Shown here piece by piece: positions 26,826 through 37,200 of a stretch of 64,000 nucleotides of DNA. The position numbers and the translations under genes were made by a program. This DNA comes from Candidatus Limnocylindrales bacterium (GTDB taxonomy: Bacteria; Chloroflexota; Limnocylindria; Limnocylindrales; CSP1-4), in contig DASTOB010000120.1 in NCBI GenBank assembly GCA_035720425.1, positions 229 to 64,228 on the forward strand, written 5' to 3'. The notes under the pieces are model-generated. The model made no database searches. It was given only the letters and a program-made list of their open reading frames with translations, and had not been told where the DNA came from. The number at the start of each line of letters is the position of its first letter. Within the stretch, counting starts at the first letter, position 1.

Positions 26826-27152
26826 ATGTCCATGGCCAGCCGGATGCTCCGTCACGCGAGGCGGCGAGCGCGACTCACTCAGCGCCAGCTCGCGGCGAAG
26901 ACCGGGATCCCGCAGGAGACGATCGCCCGGATCGAGGCCGGGCGGGCGGATCCTCGGGTGACCACGCTCGATCGACTCCTCGAGGGCTGTGGCTACGGCC
27001 TCGAGCACCTCCCGCGGCTCGGGATCGGGATCGATCGGACGGTGATCCGGAGCCTGCTCGACATGACGCCGAGCCAGCGCCTCGAGCTCGCGATGAAGAA
27101 CGATCAGCACTTCGTCGAGTTGCGGCGATCCATCAAGCGTGTCGCCGAATGA
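26826..27152 (+). CDS. XRE-family HTH protein (putative antitoxin/repressor)
   Basis: LRHARRRARLTQRQLAAKTGIPQETIARIEAGRADPRVTTLDRLL. Confidence 0.88.
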   Translation: MSMASRMLRHARRRARLTQRQLAAKTGIPQETIARIEAGRADPRVTTLDRLLEGCGYGLEHLPRLGIGIDRTVIRSLLDMTPSQRLELAMKNDQHFVELRRSIKRVAE

Positions 27153-27655
27153 GTGAGCACCCGTCCCTCCAGGCCGACGCGATTCTGCGGAGTCTCCTCG
27201 ATCACGATGTTGCGTTCATCCTCATCGGTGGCCTCGCTGGGCAGGTACACGGGTCGACTTCGCTGACCGGCGATGTGGACGTCTGCCACGCGACGGACCG
27301 CGAGAACCTCGACCGGCTTGCCGCAGCGATCGAGGTCATGGCGGCGATACGCCGAGGCATGCCCGAGGGCATCCACCCTCCGCTCGATGCTCGTGCCCTC
27401 CGCGCAGGTGACGTGTTCACCCTCACGACTCGATTCGGGGACCTCGACCTCCTTGCGCATCCAGACCCTGGGCTCGATTACGCGGCGCTCGCCGCCTCAG
27501 CGGTCGAGGCTGAGATCCTCGGAGTGCCCGTCCGCGCCGCGTCGCTCGACGATCTCATCACGATGAAGCGGGCCGCGGGTCGGCCAAAGGACCGGGTCGA
27601 GCTCGAGATCCTCGGTGCGCTGCGCGAGGAGATCGACCGGCGGCCGACGCGATAG
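27149..27655 (+). CDS. Pol-beta-fold nucleotidyltransferase (DUF6036-like), putative toxin
   Basis: FILIGGLAGQVHGSTSLTGDVDV (hGG..DxD), GDLDLL, LITMKRAAGRPKD. ATGA overlap with the XRE gene. Confidence 0.75.
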   Translation: MSEHPSLQADAILRSLLDHDVAFILIGGLAGQVHGSTSLTGDVDVCHATDRENLDRLAAAIEVMAAIRRGMPEGIHPPLDARALRAGDVFTLTTRFGDLDLLAHPDPGLDYAALAASAVEAEILGVPVRAASLDDLITMKRAAGRPKDRVELEILGALREEIDRRPTR

Positions 27656-27677
27656 TGCTACTCTCGCATAGCACGTT

Positions 27678-28418
27678 ATGAGCGCCGAGCCAACCGCCGC
27701 TTCACCCATCGAACGCCCCACGTCCCCGGCCGAGCAGATCCGCCTCCGCCTCGCCGACGCGTGGGGCGAGATGGGCGCTGCCTGGGGCGTCGCCCCGGCC
27801 ATCGCGCGCGTGCACGCCTACCTCATGGCCCGCCAGGAGCCGCTCACCGAGCGCGAGGTGCGCGAGGCGCTTGGGCTGTCGCATCGCGCGGCCAGCCTTG
27901 CACTCGCCGAGGCGGAGTCGTGGGGCATCGTCGAGCGGGTCGAGGAGCCCCGCCGAGTCGGTCGACGCGGGCCGGCCGGTGCGGCCTACCGCGCCGTCGG
28001 CGATCACTGGCGCTGGTTCGGCCGAGTCGTCGCCGAGCGCAAGATCCGTGAGGGTGACCCGATTCTGTCGGTCCTCGAGCAGACCGCCGCCGACGCCGAC
28101 GCGGCGGTGGCGCGCGATCCCGACGACGCCGACCTCGCGGCCCTTCGGCGGTGGCTCAGCGCGTTCCTCGTGTTCGTCCGCCTGTTCGACCGCGCGGTGG
28201 GCCTCGTGCCGCAACTCGAACCGCGGGAGCTGGAGCGCGGCCTCGAGCTGCTTGGCGACGTGCCGGATGAAACGATCCTGCGCCTGTTCCACCTGCTCGG
28301 ATCGCTCGAGGACCGCGACGTGATCGAGCTGGTCGATGCGGTCAGCCGGCTGTCGCCGACGGCGGCGCGACGGGCGACGCGGCTGATGTCCGGGGTTGTG
28401 CGAACCGTCGGCCGCTGA
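27678..28418 (+). CDS. GbsR/MarR-family wHTH transcriptional regulator with C-terminal extension
   Basis: WGEMGAAWGVAPAIARVHAYLMARQEPLTEREVREALGLSHRAASLALAEAESWGIV. Confidence 0.8.
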   Translation: MSAEPTAASPIERPTSPAEQIRLRLADAWGEMGAAWGVAPAIARVHAYLMARQEPLTEREVREALGLSHRAASLALAEAESWGIVERVEEPRRVGRRGPAGAAYRAVGDHWRWFGRVVAERKIREGDPILSVLEQTAADADAAVARDPDDADLAALRRWLSAFLVFVRLFDRAVGLVPQLEPRELERGLELLGDVPDETILRLFHLLGSLEDRDVIELVDAVSRLSPTAARRATRLMSGVVRTVGR

Positions 28419-28435
28419 GTCCGGCAGACGTGAAA

Positions 28436-28464
28436 CGGCCCCGGGCGCGGTGCGCCCGGGGCCG
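28436..28464. terminator. Intrinsic terminator hairpin between convergent genes
   Basis: CGGCCCCGGGCGC-GGT-GCGCCCGGGGCCG, 13-bp perfect stem, followed by TTTC on the minus strand. Confidence 0.8.
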
Positions 28465-28481
28465 ACTACCTGATCGCCCGG

Positions 28482-29168
28482 TCAGTTGTTCACGTGCTCC
28501 GACCAGGTCACCTGGCTCATGTATGCCCAATCGAACGTCGTCGAGATGACCTCCGCGGCGTTGACGGAGCCGGTCGCCTGACGCTCCTTGCCTCGGTAGT
28601 TGTAGTGACCGTTGAACTCCGAGGGGATCTGGTAGCTGCCGCTGCCCCGGAAGCTGGCGAGCGGACCGGAAGCCGAGACCTCGACGACGAGGGTGCCGCT
28701 GACGAAGGCGGGGTCGCCGTAGATACCGTTGCATTCGTCGACCGTCTCGGTGAACAGGTCGACCGTGCCCGTCGCGGTTCCGGATTCGAGGCGCCGCGAG
28801 AACTCGATCGTCAGGTCGTAGGCGTAACCCCACGTTCGGGTGCCGAGGAAGCCGTAGAACTCCTCGCCGGGTGTCGTGTCGGTCGGCACCGCTGCGGCCG
28901 ACGGCTTGCCTGTGCCCTTGACGACCGTCTCCTCGGTCGCCGGCTCGCACAGGACCCACTCGCCGGACTCCTGGTAGATGTCGCCGAATCCGCCGTAGGA
29001 GGAATCCTCCCCGAGGAACACGTACCCGTAGGTCGTCCCGTCGTACCACTCGCCGTAGATCGATTCGCCGGAGCCGCTCTGATTGGACACGTTCGGCCCG
29101 GCGGCGACCGGCGCCGCCACCGCGAGCGCCAGCAACGCTGCCATCGGCAGGACCATGAACCGTCGCAT
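28482..29168 (-). CDS. Secreted hypothetical protein, beta-rich
   Basis: Signal peptide MRRFMVLPMAALLALAVAAPVAA|G. Strong coding bias. AGGGAG RBS. Confidence 0.8.
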   Translation of the reverse strand: MRRFMVLPMAALLALAVAAPVAAGPNVSNQSGSGESIYGEWYDGTTYGYVFLGEDSSYGGFGDIYQESGEWVLCEPATEETVVKGTGKPSAAAVPTDTTPGEEFYGFLGTRTWGYAYDLTIEFSRRLESGTATGTVDLFTETVDECNGIYGDPAFVSGTLVVEVSASGPLASFRGSGSYQIPSEFNGHYNYRGKERQATGSVNAAEVISTTFDWAYMSQVTWSEHVNN

Positions 29169-29470
29169 CGCATCTCCCTTGTACTGTCGGCCGTGGCTTC
29201 GACCGGCTGAAGGGTCGACCTCGGTTGTCTGACAGACGCGCCAGGGAGCAAGGTGTGTCGGGTGCGGCGGTGTCGGTCAATTGACGCGGGGCGGGCGTCA
29301 CCGCGGACGCCTCCCGAACGTCGGAATGTGTCCGGACCGGCCCGCTCTAGCCCTCGGAAACGCTCGTGCGATAATCGTCGTGCGCGATCGCGGCCGACTC
29401 GAACGGGCGACGACCCCGGGGCCAGTTGGGCCGGCGAGCACGCGACCACAGCCGGAGTACCAGGCACGCC

Positions 29471-30358
29471 ATGACCGTCGAAACGTCGACCTGGGCGACG
29501 AAGAAGGGTCTCGCCCAGATGCTCAAGGGCGGCGTCATCATGGACGTCGTCACGCCCGAACAAGCGAAGATCGCGGAGGAGGCCGGGGCGGTTGCCGTCA
29601 TGGCCCTCGAGCGCGTTCCGGCCGACATTCGAGCGGCCGGCGGTGTCGCCCGGATGAGCGATCCGTCGATGATCGAGGGGATCATGCAGGCCGTGACCAT
29701 CCCGGTCATGGCCAAGGCCCGGATCGGCCACTTCGTCGAGGCCCAGGTCCTCGAGGCCCTCGGCGTCGACTACATCGACGAGTCCGAGGTGCTCACCCCG
29801 GCCGACGAAACGAACCACATCGACAAGCACGCCTTCAAGGTCCCGTTCGTGTGCGGATGCCGGAACCTCGGCGAGGCCCTCCGCCGCATCAACGAGGGGG
29901 CCGCGATGATGCGAACGAAGGGCGAGGCCGGAACGGGCAACATCGTCGAGGCCGTTCGCCAGCTGCGTGACGTGCTCGGCGAGATCCGGCGACTCGAATC
30001 GATGCGCGAGGACGAGCTGTTCGTCGCCGCCAAGGAGCTCGGGGCGCCGTACGAGCTCGTCCGGCAGGTGGCCGCGGACGGGAAGCTCCCGGTCGTCAAC
30101 TTCGTCGCCGGTGGCATCTCGACCCCGGCGGACGCGGCGCTCGTCATGCAGCTCGGCGCCGAGGGCGTTTTCGTCGGGTCGGGGATCTTCAAGAGCGAGG
30201 ATCCGGCCCGGATGGCCACCGCGATCGTCCAGGCGACGACCCACTTCGACAACCCGGCGATCATCGCCGACGTCTCAAAGGGCCTGGGAGCCCCGATGCG
30301 TGGGATCGCCCTCGAGGCGATCCCGGAGGGAGAGCGGCTCGCCGTTCGCGGCTGGTAA
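29471..30358 (+). CDS. pdxS: Pyridoxal 5'-phosphate synthase lyase subunit
   Basis: [62 protein letters not shown]. Start ATG 29471. Confidence 0.97.
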   Translation: MTVETSTWATKKGLAQMLKGGVIMDVVTPEQAKIAEEAGAVAVMALERVPADIRAAGGVARMSDPSMIEGIMQAVTIPVMAKARIGHFVEAQVLEALGVDYIDESEVLTPADETNHIDKHAFKVPFVCGCRNLGEALRRINEGAAMMRTKGEAGTGNIVEAVRQLRDVLGEIRRLESMREDELFVAAKELGAPYELVRQVAADGKLPVVNFVAGGISTPADAALVMQLGAEGVFVGSGIFKSEDPARMATAIVQATTHFDNPAIIADVSKGLGAPMRGIALEAIPEGERLAVRGW

Positions 30359-30370
30359 GGCGCCCCGCGG

Positions 30371-31006
30371 ATGAAGATCGGCGTCCTCGCACTTCAAGGG
30401 GCGTTCCGCGAACACCTGGATGTTCTCGCGGCTCTCGGTGTTGCCGGCGTTCCGGTTCGGCTGCCGGGCGACCTGGCCGACGTTGCCGGCCTCATCATCC
30501 CGGGTGGCGAGAGCACGACGATGCGCCGGCTCATCGAGCGCTGGGGGCTCGCGCAGCCGATCGTCGATCTCGCCGAGCGCGGCGCCCCCGTGTTCGGGAC
30601 GTGCGCCGGGATGATCGTGCTCGCCCGCGAGATCGCCGGGGAGCCGCCGATCCTGCCGCTGCTGGACGTGACCGTCGCGCGCAACGCGTTCGGCCGACAG
30701 CTCGACTCGTTCGAGGCGGATCTCGCCGTCCCGGTCCTCGGCGATCGGCCGGTCCACGGTGTGTTCATCCGGGCACCGGTGGTCGAGCGCACGGGCCCCG
30801 GCGTGGACGTGCTGGCGCGTCTCGACGATGGCCGCGTCGTCGCCGTCCGCGAGCGGAATCTCATTGCCACCGCATTCCATCCCGAGCTTGCCGGCGAGAC
30901 CCGCTTCCATCGCCTCGTTGCGACGATGGCCTCCGAGCACGACGACCCGGGCGAGGGATCCGGACGCCGGCCGCATCCCACACGTCGGGCGCGGCAGGCG
31001 ACATGA
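30371..31006 (+). CDS. pdxT: PLP synthase glutaminase subunit
   Basis: IGVLALQGAFREH, IIPGGEST, FGTCAGMI, RNAFGRQLDSFE, FHPEL. Confidence 0.97.
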   Translation: MKIGVLALQGAFREHLDVLAALGVAGVPVRLPGDLADVAGLIIPGGESTTMRRLIERWGLAQPIVDLAERGAPVFGTCAGMIVLAREIAGEPPILPLLDVTVARNAFGRQLDSFEADLAVPVLGDRPVHGVFIRAPVVERTGPGVDVLARLDDGRVVAVRERNLIATAFHPELAGETRFHRLVATMASEHDDPGEGSGRRPHPTRRARQAT

Positions 31007-32064
31007 CCGAGGCACGCTCGGCGCGCAGCGGCGGCAAGGTCCGCGTCGCGCGCCTGACCGATCTTGCCGCCCTCGGCGAGCTATCCCGCCTGTGCCAGGA
31101 CGACCAGGCCGACACGCGCTCACTCGGGCTGCCGGTGAGCGGTCCGCCGATCGGGGTGTTCAGCCTGTTCCGATTGCCGCTCGGCGCGTTCCGACCGCAC
31201 GACCTCCTGTTCGTGTACGAGACGGCCGGGCGGCTGGCCGGTCTGATCCGGGTCGAGCGCGAGACGCCCCGTGACGAGTGGACGATCGTCGAGCTCGACG
31301 CGATCGGGGCCGGTGACGCCGGCGACATCCGGTTTCGGCTCATCCAGCACCTGCTGCGCGAGGGTGCCAAGCGCGGGGCGGTGCGCTTCCACGTGGCGTG
31401 CGCCGACGCGGACGGCAACGTCGAGCTGTTCATGCAGGCGGGGTTTGCCCGCTACGGGGCCGAGATCGTGCTCGTCCGTCCGGCCGATGCGTCGGCCATC
31501 GACCCGATGTCGGAGACGGACGCGCTCGCCTGCGGGATCCGACCCGCCGGGCCGCTCGACGCCCTCGCCCTTGCTCGGCTCTACGCGTCGGTCACGCCGC
31601 AGCCGGTGCAACGGCTCGAGGCCGTCCGCCTCGTCGACTGGGAACGGCAGGGCCGGGATTGGCGGGTGCCGCGTTCAAGCCTCGCACCGATCCTGCGCTT
31701 CGCCGACGTCGAGGCGTTCGTCCAGGATCCGCGAGACAGCGCGGACGGCACGATCCTCGACGGGCTCGTCCAGGTCGGCGTGGCGAAGGAGGATCAGCCA
31801 CACTATCTCAAGGTGCTCGCCCGGCCCGGTTGTGACCCGACCGCGCTGATCCGCTACGGTCTGAGCGTGATCGCCGCTCGCGCACCGGGTGCCGACCATC
31901 GTCCCAACCGCGGCGTGATCGCCGCCGTTCGGACGTACGAGTCGCCCACCGACCGCCGCCTTGAGGAGATCGGCTTCCGCTCGATCGCCACCGTTACCCT
32001 GCTGCTCAAGGAGACCGTCGTCCGCGTCGCCGAACCGGCCCTCGTGCCGGCCGGCGTCCGCTAG
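31003..32064 (+). CDS. Hypothetical protein, probable tandem GNAT-like fold
   Basis: Repeated GNAT-like patterns (LAGLIRVE...WTIVELD...LIQHLLREGAKRG...ELFMQAGF; LEEIGFRSIA). ATGA-coupled to pdxT. Confidence 0.6.
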   Translation: MTEARSARSGGKVRVARLTDLAALGELSRLCQDDQADTRSLGLPVSGPPIGVFSLFRLPLGAFRPHDLLFVYETAGRLAGLIRVERETPRDEWTIVELDAIGAGDAGDIRFRLIQHLLREGAKRGAVRFHVACADADGNVELFMQAGFARYGAEIVLVRPADASAIDPMSETDALACGIRPAGPLDALALARLYASVTPQPVQRLEAVRLVDWERQGRDWRVPRSSLAPILRFADVEAFVQDPRDSADGTILDGLVQVGVAKEDQPHYLKVLARPGCDPTALIRYGLSVIAARAPGADHRPNRGVIAAVRTYESPTDRRLEEIGFRSIATVTLLLKETVVRVAEPALVPAGVR

Positions 32065-32076
32065 GAGGTCCAGCGC

Positions 32077-34110
32077 GTGAATCCTGTCGACCCGCGTCGG
32101 GAATCGATCGACGACCTCGATCTGCTGCTCGCGGCGCTGCCGCCGGAGATCGTCGACGCGGTGCATGCCCTGCCGGACCGGATCGACCTCATCGAGGTCG
32201 TGCTCGACCTTGGTCGCCGGCCGGAGGCTCGCTTTCCCAACAGCGAGGTGACGCTGCTCGAGCGGGAGGTCGGCGAGCCGGACATCGCCCACGTCGTCGA
32301 GCACATCGGGACGTTCGGCGACGACAATCGGGCCGGGATCGAGCGGACGCTCCATCGGATCAGCGCGATCCGCAACCGCAACGGCAAGATCGTCGGGCTC
32401 ACCTGCCGGATCGGCCGGGCCGTCTACGGCACGATCGAGATCATCAACGACTACGTCGAGAGCGGGAAGTCGATCCTCATCATGGGCCGCCCGGGGATCG
32501 GCAAGACGACGATGCTCCGCGAGGCGGCCCGGGTGCTCGCCGACGACATGGGCAAGCGCGTCGTCGTCGTCGACACGTCGAACGAGATCGCCGGCGACGG
32601 CGACATCCCGCACCCGGCCATCGGCAAGGCCCGCCGGATGCAGGTCCGCACGCCGTCGATGCAGCACGAGGTGATGATCGAGGCGGTCGAGAACCACATG
32701 CCGCAGGTCATCGTCATCGACGAGATCGGCACGGAGCTCGAGGCCCAGGCTGCCCGGACGATCGCCGAGCGCGGCGTCCAGCTCATCGGAACGGCCCACG
32801 GCAACAACCTCGACAACCTCATGCTCAATCCGACGCTCTCGGACCTCATCGGCGGCATCCAGAGCGTGACCCTTGGCGACGAGGAGGCGCGCCGCCGCCG
32901 GACGCAGAAGAGCGTGCTCGAACGGAAGGCCCCGCCCACGTTCGATGTAATCATCGAGATCCAGGACCGCGATCGCGTCCTCGCCCATGCCGACGTCGCC
33001 GACACGGTCGACAACCTGTTGAGGGGCGACCCGGTCGCGCCGGAGCTGCGCTGGCGCGACGACGAGGGCGTCCATCGGTCCCAGTCGCGGCCGCGGCCGT
33101 CACCGCGCGAGCAGCTCGGCACGGAACGCTTCGCCGGGCTCGTGGGGTCCGGCCAGACGTGGCGGATGGAGCCGGGCTGGCGCGGCGAGAGCTCGTATCG
33201 CGGCGGATACCGGGATGCCGGCGGTGGCGGGATCCGACCGGGCTACCGGCCTGGAGCGACCGGTGGCTGGCGCGGGCCGACGCGCTCCGGCGCGGGCGTG
33301 GAGCGGTCCGGCCCCGGCGGGCCGGACGGTGGACGCGGCGCCCCGGCCGCGCTCTCGGACGCACCATTCGTTGCCGGCGACATCGCCGATCGCGGGCCGC
33401 TCGAGCGCGGTGCCGGCCCGACACCGGAGCCGCGTGCGCGTGACGCACGCGAGTTTCAGCGCCAGGAGGCGTGGCGGGATCAGGCGTCACGCGCGCTGAC
33501 CGCGCTGCGCGTGGACGATGGCACCGCGCCGGTCAACGCGGACGACCTCGCCGCCGACGACGAGGCGCTGGCGGACCGCGCGATCGCCGCCGGCCAGGCG
33601 GACGATGGCGAGGCCATCCGCATCGCCGATGCCGGCGGGCTGCCGACGCTCCGAGTCCTGCCGATCGGGATCAGCCGCAAGCGGCTTGAGCAGAGCATCC
33701 GCGAGCTCCAGCTGCCGGTCATCGTCGCCCGCGACGTGGACGACGCGGACGTCGTCATGACGCTCAAGAACGAGTACCGCCAGAAGACGCCAATGCTCCG
33801 CGAGGCGGAGGAGCGGGCGATGCCGATCTACGTCCTCAAGAGCAACACGGTGCTCCAGATGCAGGCCAGCCTCACCTCGATCTTCTCGCTCGAGATCGAC
33901 CCGCGCGAGGCCGCCCTGCGCGAGACCGAGGAGGCGATCGGGATCGTCATGAAGCAGGCCGAGCCGGTCGAGCTGTCGCCCCAGAACGCGTACATCCGGC
34001 GGCTCCAGCACCAGATGGCGGAGCGGGCGAACCTGGTGTCGCGCTCGCGCGGCCGCGAGCCGTACCGCCGGGTGCGGCTATACCCGGACGCGGCGAAGTC
34101 CTGGCGCTGA
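32077..34110 (+). CDS. Ycf45/SpoIIIAA-like AAA ATPase with C-terminal R3H domain
   Basis: [28 protein letters not shown], Walker [23 protein letters not shown]-terminal [14 protein letters not shown] (R3H). Confidence 0.9.
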   Translation: MNPVDPRRESIDDLDLLLAALPPEIVDAVHALPDRIDLIEVVLDLGRRPEARFPNSEVTLLEREVGEPDIAHVVEHIGTFGDDNRAGIERTLHRISAIRNRNGKIVGLTCRIGRAVYGTIEIINDYVESGKSILIMGRPGIGKTTMLREAARVLADDMGKRVVVVDTSNEIAGDGDIPHPAIGKARRMQVRTPSMQHEVMIEAVENHMPQVIVIDEIGTELEAQAARTIAERGVQLIGTAHGNNLDNLMLNPTLSDLIGGIQSVTLGDEEARRRRTQKSVLERKAPPTFDVIIEIQDRDRVLAHADVADTVDNLLRGDPVAPELRWRDDEGVHRSQSRPRPSPREQLGTERFAGLVGSGQTWRMEPGWRGESSYRGGYRDAGGGGIRPGYRPGATGGWRGPTRSGAGVERSGPGGPDGGRGAPAALSDAPFVAGDIADRGPLERGAGPTPEPRARDAREFQRQEAWRDQASRALTALRVDDGTAPVNADDLAADDEALADRAIAAGQADDGEAIRIADAGGLPTLRVLPIGISRKRLEQSIRELQLPVIVARDVDDADVVMTLKNEYRQKTPMLREAEERAMPIYVLKSNTVLQMQASLTSIFSLEIDPREAALRETEEAIGIVMKQAEPVELSPQNAYIRRLQHQMAERANLVSRSRGREPYRRVRLYPDAAKSWR

Positions 34111-34277
34111 CTCCGGACGGCTGACGCCGAGCGCCGGAACCGCATACGCCGGACAACTGACGACCGACGCCGGACGGCGGGGCGTCGGCTGTCCCCCGGG
34201 CGCCGTCGCATCGACAACCCTCCACGCCACGGTCCACGTCCGCTACGCTGGTGTCTCGTTCCGGGGGTGAGCGAGGT

Positions 34278-37200
34278 GTGGGAGTGATCTGCGGGAGCTG
34301 CGGGGCCGCGAATCCGGCCGGCGCGAAGTTCTGCCTGGAGTGCGGGACGCCCGTCTCGACCGCGTGCCCGCGCTGCGGAACCGCTGCCGTACCGGGCGCC
34401 AAGTTCTGCGGCGAGTGCGGCGAGCGCCTGACGCCCACGAGCGCGGGTCCGGACCTCGCCGCCACGCGGATCCCCGGCGCGCGACCGCCAGGGTCGGCCG
34501 ATCGCGGCGCCGCGAACGGCGGTCCGCTGCCGGTCGGCGCGGAGCGCCGGATCGTCACCGTCCTGTTCGCCGACCTGGTCGGGTTCACGAGCCTGGCCGA
34601 AGGCCGCGACGCGGAGCGCGTCCGCGACCTGCTGTCGCGCTACTTCGAGACGGCCAGCGAGATCGTGGCGCGCTATGGCGGGACGATCGAGAAGTTCATC
34701 GGGGACGCGGTCATGGCCGTCTGGGGTGCGCCGACCGCGCACGAGGACGACGCCGAGCGGGCGGTCCGCGCCGCGCTCGACCTCGTGGGATCGATCGGGG
34801 CGCTCGGTGACGAGCTCGGTGCCGAGCTCAGCGGCCGCGTCGGCGTCCTGACGGGCGAGGCGGCCGTCACGATCGGCGCGACGAACCAGGGGCTCGTGGC
34901 CGGGGACCTCGTCAACACCGCGAGCCGACTCCAGGCCGTCGCGCCGCCCGGCTCCGTGCTCGTCGGCGAGGCGACGCGGCACGCCGCCGGCGGTTCGATC
35001 ACGTTCGAGCCGGCCGGCGACGCGGTCCTCAAGGGAAAGGCGGCGCCGGTGCCGGCCTTCCGTGCACTGCGTGTCGTCGCCAAGTCGCGTGGGGTCGGCC
35101 GAAGCGACTCGATCGAGCCGCCGTTCGTCGGTCGTGACGTCGAGTTCCGGCTCGTCCGGAGCGCGTACCACTCGGTCGCGCGCGAACGTCGGGCTCGCCT
35201 CGTGTCGATCACCGGCGAGGCCGGGATGGGCAAGAGCCGGCTGGCCTGGGAGTTCTCGAAGTACACGGACGGCCTGGCCGAGAAGATGTGGTGGCACGAG
35301 GGTCGGTCGCCGTCCTACGGCGAGGGCATCTCGTTCTGGGCGCTGTCCGAGATGATCAGGAAGCGTGCCGGCCTGCTCGAAGGCGACGACGAGCCGACCA
35401 CTCGCGAACGAATCGCCGCGGCCCTCGTCCAGCACGTCCCCGACGCCGACGAGCGAGCCTTCATCGAGCCATGTCTGCTTACCCTGCTCGGCGTCGGCGC
35501 GCCGCCGCCCGGCGGCCGGGATCGGCTGTTCACCGGCTGGCGCCAGTTCTTCGAGCGGCTGGCGTCGGAGAGCCCGGTCGTCCTCGTGTTCGAGGATCTG
35601 CAATGGGCGGACGACGGCCTGCTCGACTTCATCGAAACCCTGCTCGAATGGAGCCAGAGCTATCCGCTGTTCGTCCTGACCCTCGCAAGACCCGAGCTCC
35701 TCGAGCGCCGCCCGGCCTGGGGGGCGGGTCGCAACGCCACGTCGCTCCCGCTTGGGCCGCTGAGCGACGAGGCGATGCGCGAGCTCCTCGCCGGCGTGGT
35801 GCCGCAGCTGCCGGAGGCCTCGGCGCGGACGATCCTCGCCCGAGCCGGCGGCATCCCGCTCTACGCGGTCGAGACGCTCCGCATGCTCGTCGCGTCCGGG
35901 CGCCTCGAGAACGCCGAGGACGGCACCCTCCGGGCAATCGGTCCGCTCGACGTCATCGACGTCCCGCCGTCGCTCCAGGCACTCATTGCCGCGCGCCTCG
36001 ACGGCTTGCCGGCCGCGGACCGATCGTTGCTCCAGGACGCGGCGGTGCTCGGCCAGACGTTCGCGACGGCGGCGCTGTCCGCCCTCGTCGGTGATGGCCC
36101 CGACGTCCTCGAGCCGCGCCTGCGGGGCCTCGTCGCGCGCGATCTCCTGTCGCTCGATACGGATCCGCGCTCGCCCGAGCGGGGCCAGTACGGGTTCGTC
36201 CAGTCACTCATCCGCGAGGTCGCGTACGGGACGCTGGCCAAGCGTGACCGTCGGACGCGCCACCTCGCCGCCGCCCGCTACTTCGAGGCGCTCGGCGACG
36301 AGGAGTTGAGTGGCGCCCTGGCGACGCACTACCTCGCCGCCTACGAGGCGGCTGCCGATGGTCCGGAGGCGGACGCACTCGCCGCGCAGGCACGGATCGC
36401 CCTGCGCGCGGCCGCGGAGCGGGCGGCCAACCTGGGGTCGCCGAAGCAGGCGCTGGCGTACTTCGTCGCCGCGGCGGACCTGCCCGGTGACGACGCCGAC
36501 CAGCTCGACCTGCTCGAGCGGGCGGGCCTCGTGGCCGAGGAATCCGGGCAGCACCATCGCGCCGCCGACCTGTTCGACCAGGTCGTGCAGCAGCGTCGCC
36601 GTGCGGGTGATCGGCTCGGCGCCGCGCGGGCCACCGCTGCGCGAGCGGAGGCGCTCATGTCCAACGACGTCGCCGCCGCCCAGGACCTGGCCGAGTCCGC
36701 CCTGACCGAGTACGCGGACCTGCCGGAGGATCGCTCGGAAGTGCTCGGACTGCGCTATGCCGTCGCGCGGTGTCTCCTCCGGAGCGGCCGAAACGCCGAT
36801 GCCGCCGCCCTGCTCGAGGGCATGCTCCGCGCGGTCGAGATGACCGGCGACGAATCCTTCGTGCTGCGCGTGCTCGCCACCCGGGGCGCGACGCTTCCCG
36901 CGGTGGGTCGGTCCGTCGAGGGCGCCATCATCCTGGACGGGGTGATTCGCCGCGCCGAGCGCGCCGGGCTGTTCGAGATCCAGGACCGGGCCCGGATCAA
37001 CCTGTCCGTGACCCTCGCCGACGATGACGTCGTGGCCGGCCGCGACGTGGCGGCCTCCGGCTTCGAGGACGCCGTCCGCCGCGGCGCCGCCGGCTCGGCC
37101 GCGTACTACGCGATGAACGCGGCGGAGTACGACCTGCACATCGGGGAGTGGGACGCCGCGAGCACACGGGTCCGTGAGGTGCTCGAGCTCGGGCTCGAGG

